From contig CAVOZT010000003.1 in assembly GCA_963701375.1 (NCBI GenBank), positions 293,640-357,639 on the forward strand: DNA of 64,000 bases, in the 5' to 3' direction. The notes under the pieces were generated by a model. That model was given only the letters and a program-made list of their open reading frames with translations. It made no database searches and was not told the origin of the DNA. The position numbers were made by a program, and so were the translations under genes. The stretch's first letter is position 1. Every line of letters begins with the position of its first letter. Of the stretch, positions 1 through 8,768 are shown piece after piece. This stretch comes from an uncultured Acidimicrobiales bacterium (GTDB lineage: Bacteria > Actinomycetota > Acidimicrobiia > Acidimicrobiales > CAVXTF01).

Positions 1-742
1 CCTCGGACAGAAGCGGCCGCGGCATGGCCGGGTGGTGAAGCGCCGTCGGGTGGAATTGCATGAATTCGACGTCCGCGACCGGTACTCCGGCTCTTAGCGC
101 CATCGCGATCCCGTCGCCCGTCGCCTCGTTCGGATTGGTCGTCACGGCGAACATCTGGCCGGCACCGCCGGTCGCGATGACGACCTGGCCCGCACGGACA
201 CTTTGCACCTCGCCCCGTGGATCGAGAGCCGTGACACCGACGCAGCGTCCGTCGGACACGAGAAGGTCGAGGGCAAGCCATCGCTCCAAGACCGCAGCTG
301 CGGTGCGGGCGACGGCGGCCACGAGCGCGCGCTCGACCTCGGCTCCGGTTGCGGCGCCGCCCGCGTGAAGGATCCGTGCGATCGAGTGCCCGCCCTCTCG
401 GGCGCGAGCGAGCCTGCCGGACTCCTCTGAGTCGAACACCGCACCGAGACCGATCAGCTCGCGGACCCGCAGCGGTCCCTCGTCAACGAGCACGCGTACG
501 GCGCGGTCGTCGCACAGGCCCGCTCCGGCGGCGAGGGTGTCGGCGAGATGCAGGTCGGTCGAGTCCTCGTCGCCGCCGATCACTGCGGCCACCCCACCTT
601 GAGCCCAGGCGGTCGCCGACTGGGAGAGATCCCCTTTGGTCAGGATCCCGACTCTTAAGCCGGGAACCTCCGCCAGACGCACGACGGTCGACAGACCGGC
701 AACGCCACTTCCGAGGACGAGCACATCGAGATCAAGGTGCAC
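1..742 (-). CDS. nadB: L-aspartate oxidase, 5' part (gene runs off the window start)
   Basis: My own translation of the minus strand from the GTG at 742 gives VHLDLDVLVLGSGVAGLS (FAD GxGxxG), SATAWAQGGVAA, REGGHSIARILHAGG and ATGDGIAMALRAGVPVADVEFMQFHPTAL. No stop occurs before position 1, so the ORF is missing from the track. Confidence 0.8.
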   Translation of the reverse strand, partial: MHLDLDVLVLGSGVAGLSTVVRLAEVPGLRVGILTKGDLSQSATAWAQGGVAAVIGGDEDSTDLHLADTLAAGAGLCDDRAVRVLVDEGPLRVRELIGLGAVFDSEESGRLARAREGGHSIARILHAGGAATGAEVERALVAAVARTAAAVLERWLALDLLVSDGRCVGVTALDPRGEVQSVRAGQVVIATGGAGQMFAVTTNPNEATGDGIAMALRAGVPVADVEFMQFHPTALHHPAMPRPLLSE

Positions 743-749
743 AAGCGCG

Positions 750-1142
750 TCAGAGCGTCACGGGGCGCCGCAGCTCGGTCTCGAGGCGGGACGTGGATTC
801 GTCGACGCAACTGTTGGTGGAATCGACGTGGACCACACGCGGCACGAACGAGGTGAGCTCGGCCTCTTCGTAGTCCGCATATGTGATGACGATCACCTTG
901 TCGCCGCGCTGGACGAGTCGTGCGGCGGCACCGTTCAAGCAAACTTCTCGTGGACCGCCGAGGATCGCATACGTCTCGAACCGCGCTCCGTTGTCGATGT
1001 CGAGAACGGTCACCTGCTCGTACTCGCGGATGTCCGCCAGACGCATGAGCTCCGGGTCCAGGCTGATCGAACCGACGTAGTCGAGGTTCGCATCGGTGAC
1101 CGTCGCGCGGTGGATCTTCGACTTCATCATGCGTCGCCGCAT
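750..1142 (-). CDS. panD: aspartate 1-decarboxylase
   Basis: 130-aa ORF. MMKSKIHRATVTDANLDYVGSISLD contains the pyruvoyl-forming G-S site. It lies directly downstream of panC. Confidence 0.93.
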   Translation of the reverse strand: MRRRMMKSKIHRATVTDANLDYVGSISLDPELMRLADIREYEQVTVLDIDNGARFETYAILGGPREVCLNGAAARLVQRGDKVIVITYADYEEAELTSFVPRVVHVDSTNSCVDESTSRLETELRRPVTL

Positions 1143-1186
1143 GTCATCACTCCCCTTTGCTCATGAGGTTGTGTTCGGCGTCGTGC

Positions 1187-2107
1187 TCATGGCGTTGTGC
1201 TCATCGCGGCGGCCGGCACGTCTCCGACCTCCACCCCCACGACGGCACCGAGATTGTCGATCAGCCGTACATTCCCGACTCGCGCTGCGATCAGCAGGCG
1301 AACTTCTCCGCTCAATTTCTCGGGAGTCGACATCGAAAGAGCGTCCACCACTTCCGCGTATTCGGGCTCGACACTCGGCTCTTGTGCAAGGACACGCTGC
1401 ATGGCGTCGCGTACGTGTCCCGGGTCGTCCTCCCCGTCAGCGACGGCGGCGGCGCCTGCGACGAGCGCACGGTTGATCACGGCCGCACGGCGGCGCGGAC
1501 CGCGTCGAGGCGCGCGTTGCGGCTCGACAGACGCGAGACCGTGCGGTTCGCGAACGGTAGGGCACGCAACCACGTGCACCGGCATGCAGAGATCCCTGAC
1601 AAGCCTGCGAACGACGGCGACCTGCTGGAAGTCCTTCTCGCCGAAGTACGCCGTGCACCGCCCCGCCATTGCGAACAGCTTCGTGACAACGGTTGCAACG
1701 CCGTCGAAATGGCCCGGACGGAACTTCCCTTCGAGCACGTCGCTCACCCCGGCCACGTGAACCGTCGTCGCAGGAGCAGCCGGATGATCCGGGTAGAGCT
1801 CGCTCACGTCGGGAACGAAAACGATGTCGGCGCCCGCGTCGGAAAGCAGCTCCAGATCTGCGCCGAGGTCACGGGGATAGGCGTCGAGATCGGCTGGGTC
1901 GTCGAATTGCAGCGGGTTCACGAAGATCGTCACCGCTACGCACTCACACTCGCCAGACGCGCGCTCGACGAGCGATCGGTGGCCGTCGTGAAGCGCGCCC
2001 ATGGTTGGGACGAGACCGACCGAGTGGCCCGCAGAACGGGCCTCGTCCAAGGCGACGGAGAACTCCGACGCCGTGAACACCACTCTGACGGCCTCCGCCC
2101 CGCTCAC
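1187..2107 (-). CDS. panC: pantoate--beta-alanine ligase
   Basis: 306 aa. Contains VPTMGALHDGHRSLV and YFGEKDFQQ motifs, and has pan-operon context. Confidence 0.93.
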   Translation of the reverse strand: MSGAEAVRVVFTASEFSVALDEARSAGHSVGLVPTMGALHDGHRSLVERASGECECVAVTIFVNPLQFDDPADLDAYPRDLGADLELLSDAGADIVFVPDVSELYPDHPAAPATTVHVAGVSDVLEGKFRPGHFDGVATVVTKLFAMAGRCTAYFGEKDFQQVAVVRRLVRDLCMPVHVVACPTVREPHGLASVEPQRAPRRGPRRRAAVINRALVAGAAAVADGEDDPGHVRDAMQRVLAQEPSVEPEYAEVVDALSMSTPEKLSGEVRLLIAARVGNVRLIDNLGAVVGVEVGDVPAAAMSTTP

Positions 2108-2109
2108 TG

Positions 2110-2886
2110 CTAAGCCACCTCGACAGGAAGTTCCGCTTCAGGCTCGAGCACCGCGGTAGCGGCTCCTGCGTCGAGACCCTGGTCGACGAGGCGGCACGCC
2201 AGCGCGACACCTGCGTCGTAACCCGCGCGCTCTTCGGGAGCGAGAGCGGCGCGGTGACGCGCAAGCGTCGCCGTGTCCCCCCTCGCTGCCGGGCCGGTAA
2301 GGGAAGCAGCGGGACCGAGCCTTTCGACGTCGGCGAGCGCGGCCCTCGAAAGCCCGAGAAAGACGTCGAGGTCGAGACCGATGCTGTTGGCGACCCTCTC
2401 GACCTGTCCCATGAGGGCCACGACGTGGTTCGCAGCGATCGCAGCCGCCGCGTGATACGCCGCCCGGTTCTCGTCGCGCACCGTGACCGTCCTGCCGCCG
2501 AGGCTCGCTGCGAGTTCGGCCGCGATCGGGTCCCCCGCCACTGCGAAGGTCGCCCCCGCTTCAAGCCGGGCCGCCCCGACCTCGGCCGTCGGCATAGGAA
2601 CGAGGGGGTGCATCGACCCGCGCCTCACGTGTGGGGCGAGCACCTCCAGCCCCTGGGAGCCAGAGAGGTGGAGAACCGCAGTCGAGTCCACCGGCCGTAC
2701 CTTGCGGGCAACCTCCGCGATGCGACGGTCTGGGACCGCGAGGATGAGGACGTCTACGCCCGATGCCGCGTCGGACGGGTCGTCTGCCGAAGAGACGAAA
2801 CCGGATATCTCGTGGCCGGCCGCGGCGAGAGCACTCGCGACGGACATGCCGGCCCGGCCAGGACCGATCAAGCGAACAGTGGCCAC
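2110..2886 (-). CDS. Rossmann-fold NAD(P)-binding / DUF2520-type oxidoreductase-like protein
   Basis: 258 aa. N-terminal VRLIGPGRAGMSVASAL is a dinucleotide-binding loop. It sits between folK and panC. The family assignment is from memory. Confidence 0.6.
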   Translation of the reverse strand: MATVRLIGPGRAGMSVASALAAAGHEISGFVSSADDPSDAASGVDVLILAVPDRRIAEVARKVRPVDSTAVLHLSGSQGLEVLAPHVRRGSMHPLVPMPTAEVGAARLEAGATFAVAGDPIAAELAASLGGRTVTVRDENRAAYHAAAAIAANHVVALMGQVERVANSIGLDLDVFLGLSRAALADVERLGPAASLTGPAARGDTATLARHRAALAPEERAGYDAGVALACRLVDQGLDAGAATAVLEPEAELPVEVA

Positions 2887-2955
2887 CCCGGAACCCCTTT
2901 CTGCGATCCAGCCCTCAAGGGTGCCGGTCGCTCAGGAGACAGATCGCTCTGGTAC

Positions 2956-3426
2956 TCAGACAGAGCCTATTAGACGGCGGACCCTCCCTCCAGCCGCTTC
3001 GAGGCGATCGGCCCCGACGAGATCCGGAGCCAGGTCGGCCAGGGGGGCGAGGACGAACCGCCTCTCCCACATTCGGGGGTGCGGTACCTGCAGGTCGGGC
3101 TCATCAACCGTCAGGTCTCCGACGAGCAGGATGTCTACGTCGAGCGTCCGCGGCCCGTCGCGAACCTCGCGCTTTCGGGCGGCCTCGGTCTCGAGCCGTC
3201 GGCCGATCTCGAGAAGTTCTCTGGGCGACATCTCGGTCAGGAGCTCGACGACGACGTTCAGGTACGGATCCTGGCCCGGCGGGCCGCCGACCGGCTCGGT
3301 CTCGTAGACGGGCGACACACCGACCACGTCGGGCAGACCGGCGACGGCGCTGCGGACGAGCGCCAACCTGTCGCCCATGTTCGAGCCGATCCCGATGAAG
3401 GCCCTTACCGGGCTACCTGCGCCCAC
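2956..3426 (-). CDS. folK: 2-amino-4-hydroxy-6-hydroxymethyldihydropteridine diphosphokinase (HPPK)
   Basis: 156 aa. Contains IGIGSNMGDR, SPVYETEPVGGP, RTLDVDILL and PHPRMWERRFVLAPL. It overlaps the end of folB by 14 nt. Confidence 0.9.
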   Translation of the reverse strand: MGAGSPVRAFIGIGSNMGDRLALVRSAVAGLPDVVGVSPVYETEPVGGPPGQDPYLNVVVELLTEMSPRELLEIGRRLETEAARKREVRDGPRTLDVDILLVGDLTVDEPDLQVPHPRMWERRFVLAPLADLAPDLVGADRLEAAGGRVRRLIGSV

Positions 3427-3778
3427 GTGTTATCCGCACACCCGCCGAACGAATGTCGAATGGGACCGGAGGCCGCAGCTTGCGAACGGACACGGTGACC
3501 TGTTCTACACGCTCGTCTGCCAAGAGGGAGTCGGCGACCGCGTGCGCGAGCGTCTCGAGGAGGCGGAACGACGAGTCGGTCACTACATGGGACGCCCCGT
3601 CGAGCAAAGTCTTGTAGTCCACGGTGTCTTCGACCTCGTCGCTCGACGCGGCCATCGAGGTGTCGAGGACGACGTCCAAATCCAGCTCGAACGGCTGTGG
3701 GGTCTGCCGCTCCAGCTCGCCTACACCGTGCCTACCGAGCAGCCGGAGTCCCCGGAGCTCGATCACATCGGCGGTCAC
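3413..3778 (-). CDS. folB: dihydroneopterin aldolase
   Basis: 121 aa. IELRGLRLLGRHGVGELERQTPQPFELDLDV is a typical FolB N-terminus. The GTG start overlaps the upstream stop (GTGA). Confidence 0.88.
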   Translation of the reverse strand: MTADVIELRGLRLLGRHGVGELERQTPQPFELDLDVVLDTSMAASSDEVEDTVDYKTLLDGASHVVTDSSFRLLETLAHAVADSLLADERVEQVTVSVRKLRPPVPFDIRSAGVRITRGRR

Positions 3779-4296
3779 TCAGTCGTTCTCTGCGAAGGTT
3801 GAGTGAGGTCTGCTGCCTGAGCCGCGAGGTCGCGCCCCAACGGCCCGAGCTGGCGGCCCGAAAGCCGCTCAACGACCGCGATCGCCTGGGGTCCAGCAGG
3901 GAGGCGCCCCGACCAGAGCAAGAAGCCCCCGACGACGCCGACCACGCTGTCTCCTAGCTCTTCTTGGTGGATGAGTATTCGCTCGCCTTTGCCCAGCCAC
4001 TCCTCGAGCTGCAAGAACAGCTCCGACAACGTCTCGCGGGCGTCGCCGGAAGGCGGCATAGGGAAGTGAGCGGAGGCGACGTCGCCCTTCTCGTAGGCCT
4101 GAAGGTTGTGCGGGGACGGGAGCATCGAGACGATGCGGGTGAATCCCTGGACCCTCAGCCAGATGATCTCCTCCTGACGACGGACGCGGCGGTGGTTCGG
4201 CGCGAACCCGCCCGGGCGCTCACTCATTGCCAGCTGATCCTGGATCACCCACGTGAAGTTGCGCGGCGGGATCCCGGCAGCCCACTTTCCTCTCAT
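3775..4296 (-). CDS. dual-specificity-phosphatase-like protein lacking the Cys-X5-Arg loop
   Basis: 173 aa. The layout matches the DSP fold (NFTWVIQDQLAMSERPG ... GFTRIVSML ... HFPMPPSGDA ... ERILIHQEELGDSVVGVVGGFLLW). Where HCxxGxxR is expected, the sequence reads HQEELGDS. There are 4-nt overlaps with folP upstream (ATGA) and folB downstream (GTGA). Confidence 0.55.
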   Translation of the reverse strand: MRGKWAAGIPPRNFTWVIQDQLAMSERPGGFAPNHRRVRRQEEIIWLRVQGFTRIVSMLPSPHNLQAYEKGDVASAHFPMPPSGDARETLSELFLQLEEWLGKGERILIHQEELGDSVVGVVGGFLLWSGRLPAGPQAIAVVERLSGRQLGPLGRDLAAQAADLTQPSQRTTE

Positions 4297-5132
4297 AGAT
4301 CCCCTCCAGCGTTCGTCTCCGCGATCCTTGGCTGTGTGGTCTTAGGGTGCCCGAGGCGGGCCGGCCCTACGAGTGTCGCGGCCTGAACAGTAGGGCCGAC
4401 GTCGTGGACCCTCACCATCGAAGCTCCGGCGAGCATTGCCCACGTGGCGGTCGCAAGCGACGCCTCGAGGCGCTCGCCCGTGGACGCTGCCGAGCCGTCT
4501 GCTCCGGGTGCAACTACTCCAAGGAATCCCTTTCGGCTGGTTCCGACGAGAACTGGGAAGCCCGCAGCCGCCAACTCGGGCAGGTGACGGAGCAGGGCAA
4601 GGTTGTGTCCGAGGGTCTTCCCGAAACCGATTCCGGGGTCGACCCAGACCTCCGTGACCCCGGCTGCCACCGCAGTCGTCGCCCGGTCGAGCAGGAAGCC
4701 GTGAACTTCCGCCACGACGTCTGTGTACCTCGGCTCGATCTGCATCGTCTGCGGGGTCCCCTGCATGTGCATGGCGACCCACCCCACGCCCGTCGATGCG
4801 GCGACTTCCCATAGGGCCGCCGAGATGTCGTTGAGCAACGTGGCGCCCGCGTCGATCGCAGCCAAAGCCACGGATTTCTTGGTCGTGTCCACTGAAACGC
4901 GAACCGACCTGGCGAGAGCTTCCACGACGGGGACCACTCGCCTCAGCTCCTCTGCCTCACCGACCGGCTCGGCGCCGGGGCGGGTCGACTCACCGCCCAC
5001 GTCCACCACGTCGGCGCCTGCGGCCACGAGCTCGAGCCCGTGCTCGACGGCAAGGCCGTGATCCATGAATTGTCCCCCGTCAGAAAACGAATCAGGCGTG
5101 ACGTTGAGCACACCCATGACGAGAGGACGCAT
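4293..5132 (-). CDS. folP: dihydropteroate synthase
   Basis: 279 aa. Contains MGVLNVTPDSFSDGG, VDVGGESTRPGA and GTSRKGFLG. Confidence 0.93.
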   Translation of the reverse strand: MRPLVMGVLNVTPDSFSDGGQFMDHGLAVEHGLELVAAGADVVDVGGESTRPGAEPVGEAEELRRVVPVVEALARSVRVSVDTTKKSVALAAIDAGATLLNDISAALWEVAASTGVGWVAMHMQGTPQTMQIEPRYTDVVAEVHGFLLDRATTAVAAGVTEVWVDPGIGFGKTLGHNLALLRHLPELAAAGFPVLVGTSRKGFLGVVAPGADGSAASTGERLEASLATATWAMLAGASMVRVHDVGPTVQAATLVGPARLGHPKTTQPRIAETNAGGDL

Positions 5133-5214
5133 ACGTCCCTACAGTAGAGCCCCCGGAACGCACCGGTTTTGTCCCAAAAGCACTCGGGGTGATTGTGCCG
5201 CAGGCCTGGGACCC

Positions 5215-5784
5215 TCAGCGGCCGTGGACGAACGCCATGGCCTCTCCGCGGGTACGAGGGTCGTCCTTGAAGATGCCGCGGAGCGCGGAGGTCACGGTCA
5301 GGGTGCCGGGTTTCCTGACGCCGCGCATCGACATGCAGAGGTGCTCGGCTTCGACCACGACGAGCGCACCTCGTGGAGCCAGCGTCTCCATTAGAGTGTC
5401 GGCGATCTGAGAGGTCATCCTTTCTTGGACCTGAAGGCGCTTGGCGTAAGCGTCCACCAGCCGTGCGAGCTTCGAGAGCCCGGTGATCCTGCCGTCTTCA
5501 CCGGGGATGTAAGCGACGTGGGCCTTGCCCATGAACGGCACCAGATGGTGCTCGCACAATGACGCGAACGGGATGTCGCGCACCATCACCATCTCGTCGT
5601 GCTCCGCTGCGAAGGTGAGAGTCAGGTGTTTGCTCGGATCCTCGTGGAGCCCCGAGAACAGTTCCTCGTACATGGACGCGACGCGCCGCGGCGTGGCCTC
5701 GAGGCCTTCGCGATCGGGATCCTCTCCGATACCCAGGAGCAGCTCTCGCACCGCGCGCTCTATGCGCTCCGGATCGAGGCTCAC
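5215..5784 (-). CDS. folE: GTP cyclohydrolase I
   Basis: 189 aa. Contains [22 protein letters not shown] and [12 protein letters not shown]. Confidence 0.95.
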   Translation of the reverse strand: MSLDPERIERAVRELLLGIGEDPDREGLEATPRRVASMYEELFSGLHEDPSKHLTLTFAAEHDEMVMVRDIPFASLCEHHLVPFMGKAHVAYIPGEDGRITGLSKLARLVDAYAKRLQVQERMTSQIADTLMETLAPRGALVVVEAEHLCMSMRGVRKPGTLTVTSALRGIFKDDPRTRGEAMAFVHGR

Positions 5785-5793
5785 CGCCTCACC

Positions 5794-7290
5794 TCATCCA
5801 TCGGTCACCTCACCTGTGTACACGTGCAGGTCACGAAGGTTCCTGAACCGTTCGGCGACGTCGAGCCCGTAGCCAACCACGAAGTCGGGCGGAATACGGA
5901 ACCCGACATAGCGAAGGTCGAGATCGGTTCTCTGCCGACCCTCTTTTACCAGGAGCGCGCAGACCTCGAGGCTGGCAGGCTGGCGCGCAAGCAGGTTTCG
6001 CCTGAGATACGAAAGGGTGAGCCCGCTGTCGACGATGTCCTCGACGATGATCACGTGGCGGCCGGTCAGGTCGGTGTCGAGATCCTTCACGATCCTCACG
6101 ACGCCGCTGGTGGAGGTTCCGGTGCCGTAGGAGGCGACGGCCATCACGTCTACCTCGACCGGGAGACGGATCTCGCGTGCCAGGTCGCTCATGAACACGA
6201 ACGCCCCCTTGAGCACGCCGACGAGCAGAGGTGGCCGGTCGGCGTAGTCGGCGGCTATCTGCGCCCCCAGCTCGCCGACCTTGCGGCGCAGGTCGGCTTC
6301 GCTGACGACGACGGGGCCGATCAGCGGATCATCTCTCCACTTGCCGGCGCTCAACTCGTCCCTCCACCAACATGGACGACAAGCGGCTCTGCCCGAAGAC
6401 GTCCGGCAGTCCTGCGTACCCGCGTGGTCGGAGCGACCTCGGTCCCGAGCACCTCCCCGCGCGACGGCGAGCACCCGCTCCACCGCTGCAAGGTCCGGTG
6501 GGTAAGGCCCGTCTCCTCTGAGCCACCCCCTTAGCGCTCGCCTCGCAATAGGCGCCGGCGCGGCGGCAATCTCTGCCGCGTCGGTCGGATCGAGGTCCGC
6601 AGCCTTGGCGCCAAGCCAATCTGCGTCTTCTCCCGCGAGAAGCGCGAGCCGAGCAAGAAGAGGCGTCACGTCGCGTCCGGCAAGCTCGGAACAGAGAGGC
6701 AGCAACTCGTGTCGCACCCGGTTCCTCTGGATGGAGGGGTCGACGTTCGACGGGTCCTCCAGGGGTTCGAGACCTGCTCCGAGCGTTACTCCGAGCGCCT
6801 CTTTGCGACGGAGAGCGAGAAGCGGGTGCTCGGGTCCCGGTCTCATCGCCGCGAGACCGTCGGGCCCCGTCCCCCTGAGCAGCCTGAGAAGCACCGTCTC
6901 GGCCTGGTCGTCCATCGTGTGGCCCGTGGCCGCACCCTTCGGCAGGACGGCGCGTCTGGCTGTTCGTGCTCGAGCCTCTAAGTTCGGGCCGAGCCCAACC
7001 ATTGCGTTCAGAGCGCGAAAACTCGCACCGAGACGGCGCGCAGCTTGCTCGACACGCTCGGCTTCCTCGCCCGATCCGGGTCGCAATCCGTGGTCAACGT
7101 GCACCGCCGTCACCTCGCAGCCGGCGGCGGTGGCGAGCACGAGCAGCGCGAGGGAGTCGGCTCCGCCCGACACGGCGCACACGACCGGTTTCCCTGACTC
7201 CGGAAAGGTGCAACGGCCTAGAAGCGACCGCACCCCCTCGTCGGGGTTCACCCTGCGACGAGCTGAAGGCTGTTTATGCGGGCGACCCAA
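5794..7290 (-). CDS. tilS/hpt: single ORF as assembled, containing tRNA(Ile)-lysidine synthase plus hypoxanthine phosphoribosyltransferase; probably two genes (hpt 5794..6354, tilS 6351..7233/7290) merged by a 1-nt indel
   Basis: The N-terminal part has the PP-loop CAVSGGADSLALL. The C-terminal part is a complete HPRT (LVGVLKGAFVFMSDL, HVIIVEDIVDSGLTLSYL). The joining ~35 codons look out of frame. See the finding at 5794..7290. Confidence 0.8.
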   Translation of the reverse strand: MGRPHKQPSARRRVNPDEGVRSLLGRCTFPESGKPVVCAVSGGADSLALLVLATAAGCEVTAVHVDHGLRPGSGEEAERVEQAARRLGASFRALNAMVGLGPNLEARARTARRAVLPKGAATGHTMDDQAETVLLRLLRGTGPDGLAAMRPGPEHPLLALRRKEALGVTLGAGLEPLEDPSNVDPSIQRNRVRHELLPLCSELAGRDVTPLLARLALLAGEDADWLGAKAADLDPTDAAEIAAAPAPIARRALRGWLRGDGPYPPDLAAVERVLAVARGGARDRGRSDHAGTQDCRTSSGRAACRPCWWRDELSAGKWRDDPLIGPVVVSEADLRRKVGELGAQIAADYADRPPLLVGVLKGAFVFMSDLAREIRLPVEVDVMAVASYGTGTSTSGVVRIVKDLDTDLTGRHVIIVEDIVDSGLTLSYLRRNLLARQPASLEVCALLVKEGRQRTDLDLRYVGFRIPPDFVVGYGLDVAERFRNLRDLHVYTGEVTDG

Positions 7291-8426
7291 GCGGACGGAT
7301 CCCGGATCTCCTCGAGCGTCGGGAGACGGTCGGGCGCCTCCCAGACCCGCGCAAGCAGGTCGGGTCCACCGACCGCCTCCACGGCTTCGATGAATCGCTC
7401 CCCTTGCTCGTACTGGCGCAATTTGGCGTCCATGCCGATCAGCTGCTGCATCAGCCGGGCCCCGGGGCCGGCACGCTTGCGCCGTTCGCGCAGCGCACTC
7501 GCAAATCTCGCCGCCTCGGGCACGAGCTCTGCGCCAGCCCGGTTCATCGTGATGTCGCCGTGCCCCTCGAGAAGGCTCATGAGCGCCTGGATCTTCCCGA
7601 TCGTGGCGAGCTGCTCGGGTGCAGCGAAGAGCCCGATGAGGCCCGACTGCTCTAGTGGATTGCGCCCGGCCCTGATCTCGTCGATCGCCCGGCGAAGGGA
7701 CTCGGCGAAGCGACCCGGGTCCGGAGTCATTCCGGCGAGGCCTTCTTCAACGAGCCCGAGAAAGTACTCGTGCAGCCAAGGCACCCCGGTGAACTGGCAC
7801 CGGTGGGTCACCTCGTGAAGAGCGATCCAGAGCCGGAACTGGTCGGGCGGGAAACCGTGCTTTCGCTCGAGCCCGACGATGTTCGGCCCGACGTACGAGA
7901 CGACGTCACCACCCGAGCTCGTCGACTCTGGGCTCGTCGACTCTATGCTCGTCGAATCGGGATTCGTCGCCTTTGGGCTCGCCGAATCTGAATCTGCGCC
8001 CGAGTCCTCGGTGAAGAGGATGTCGTACTGGCCGAGGACCCGAGTCGACATCCAGCCGATCACGAGGCCGAGCTGAGTGCCCGTGACGGCACCAGACACA
8101 GACGACAAAGGACGCGGGAGCTGGGACTGCTCGAGCTTTTCGAGCAGAGGTGCCAGGAGTCTGCGGAACGAACGGATATTGGCCCGGACCCAATCGGCGC
8201 GGTCCACGACGACTCCCCGCGGAGGGCCTGAGCGGGGATGCAGGCCCGTCGCCCGAACGACGAGGTCCTCTGCCTGGGCGGTGAATCGTGCGAAGTCGGC
8301 CTCGACTTCGGCGGCCGCCTTGGAATCGAGCTCCACCAGCTGTGGGCCCCCGATCGTCTTGAGACGGCCGGAGCTGACCCACACACCGACGCGCTCCGCG
8401 ACGTCCCACGAAACAGGGCTACTCAT
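7248..8426 (-). CDS. zinc-dependent metalloprotease (DUF2342-type, HExxH)
   Basis: Start chosen at MSSPVSWDVAERV. Contains the ALHEVTHRCQF HExxH motif. It carries an internal Ser/Asp/Thr-rich insertion encoded by degenerate 15-bp repeats. Confidence 0.75.
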   Translation of the reverse strand: MSSPVSWDVAERVGVWVSSGRLKTIGGPQLVELDSKAAAEVEADFARFTAQAEDLVVRATGLHPRSGPPRGVVVDRADWVRANIRSFRRLLAPLLEKLEQSQLPRPLSSVSGAVTGTQLGLVIGWMSTRVLGQYDILFTEDSGADSDSASPKATNPDSTSIESTSPESTSSGGDVVSYVGPNIVGLERKHGFPPDQFRLWIALHEVTHRCQFTGVPWLHEYFLGLVEEGLAGMTPDPGRFAESLRRAIDEIRAGRNPLEQSGLIGLFAAPEQLATIGKIQALMSLLEGHGDITMNRAGAELVPEAARFASALRERRKRAGPGARLMQQLIGMDAKLRQYEQGERFIEAVEAVGGPDLLARVWEAPDRLPTLEEIRDPSAWVARINSLQLVAG

Positions 8427-8473
8427 AGGGCCAGCATAGAGAGACTCGGCTTGCCACCCGCACTCGGGTATGC

Positions 8474-8725
8474 CTAGCGGTTCTCTTCCTCGAGGAGCGC
8501 CGCCTTGATGCGGTCGATCAGCTCCTTCGGGACACGCTCGGTGCACCGGCTGGCGATCACGATCCTGAGCTCACGTTCGAACCCGACGGCCTGGAAGCAA
8601 GGGGAGCAATCGTCTAAGTGCCTTTGGATCTGTACGCGCCTTTCTTCGGTCAGCTCGCCGTCGAGGTACTGGTAGAGACGCTCCACCGTTTCGTTGCAAT
8701 CGGCGGCGTTCTCACCGGTGCCCAT
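8474..8725 (-). CDS. rsrA: ZAS-family anti-sigma factor (RsrA/RshA-like)
   Basis: 83 aa. C-x27-HLDDCSPC is the H-x3-C-x2-C zinc motif. It lies directly downstream of an ECF sigma gene. Confidence 0.85.
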   Translation of the reverse strand: MGTGENAADCNETVERLYQYLDGELTEERRVQIQRHLDDCSPCFQAVGFERELRIVIASRCTERVPKELIDRIKAALLEEENR

Positions 8726-8768
8726 CTATCTCCTCCCTCGCTCCCGTGGCTGACCGACGACCGCTCGC

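Noticed and set aside
1157-2113. A 318-aa plus-strand ORF, plus several other 100-300-aa ORFs in 349..2113.
   Set aside because: They are antisense to or overlapping panC/panD/nadB, which have unambiguous motifs. Their composition is Arg-rich junk.
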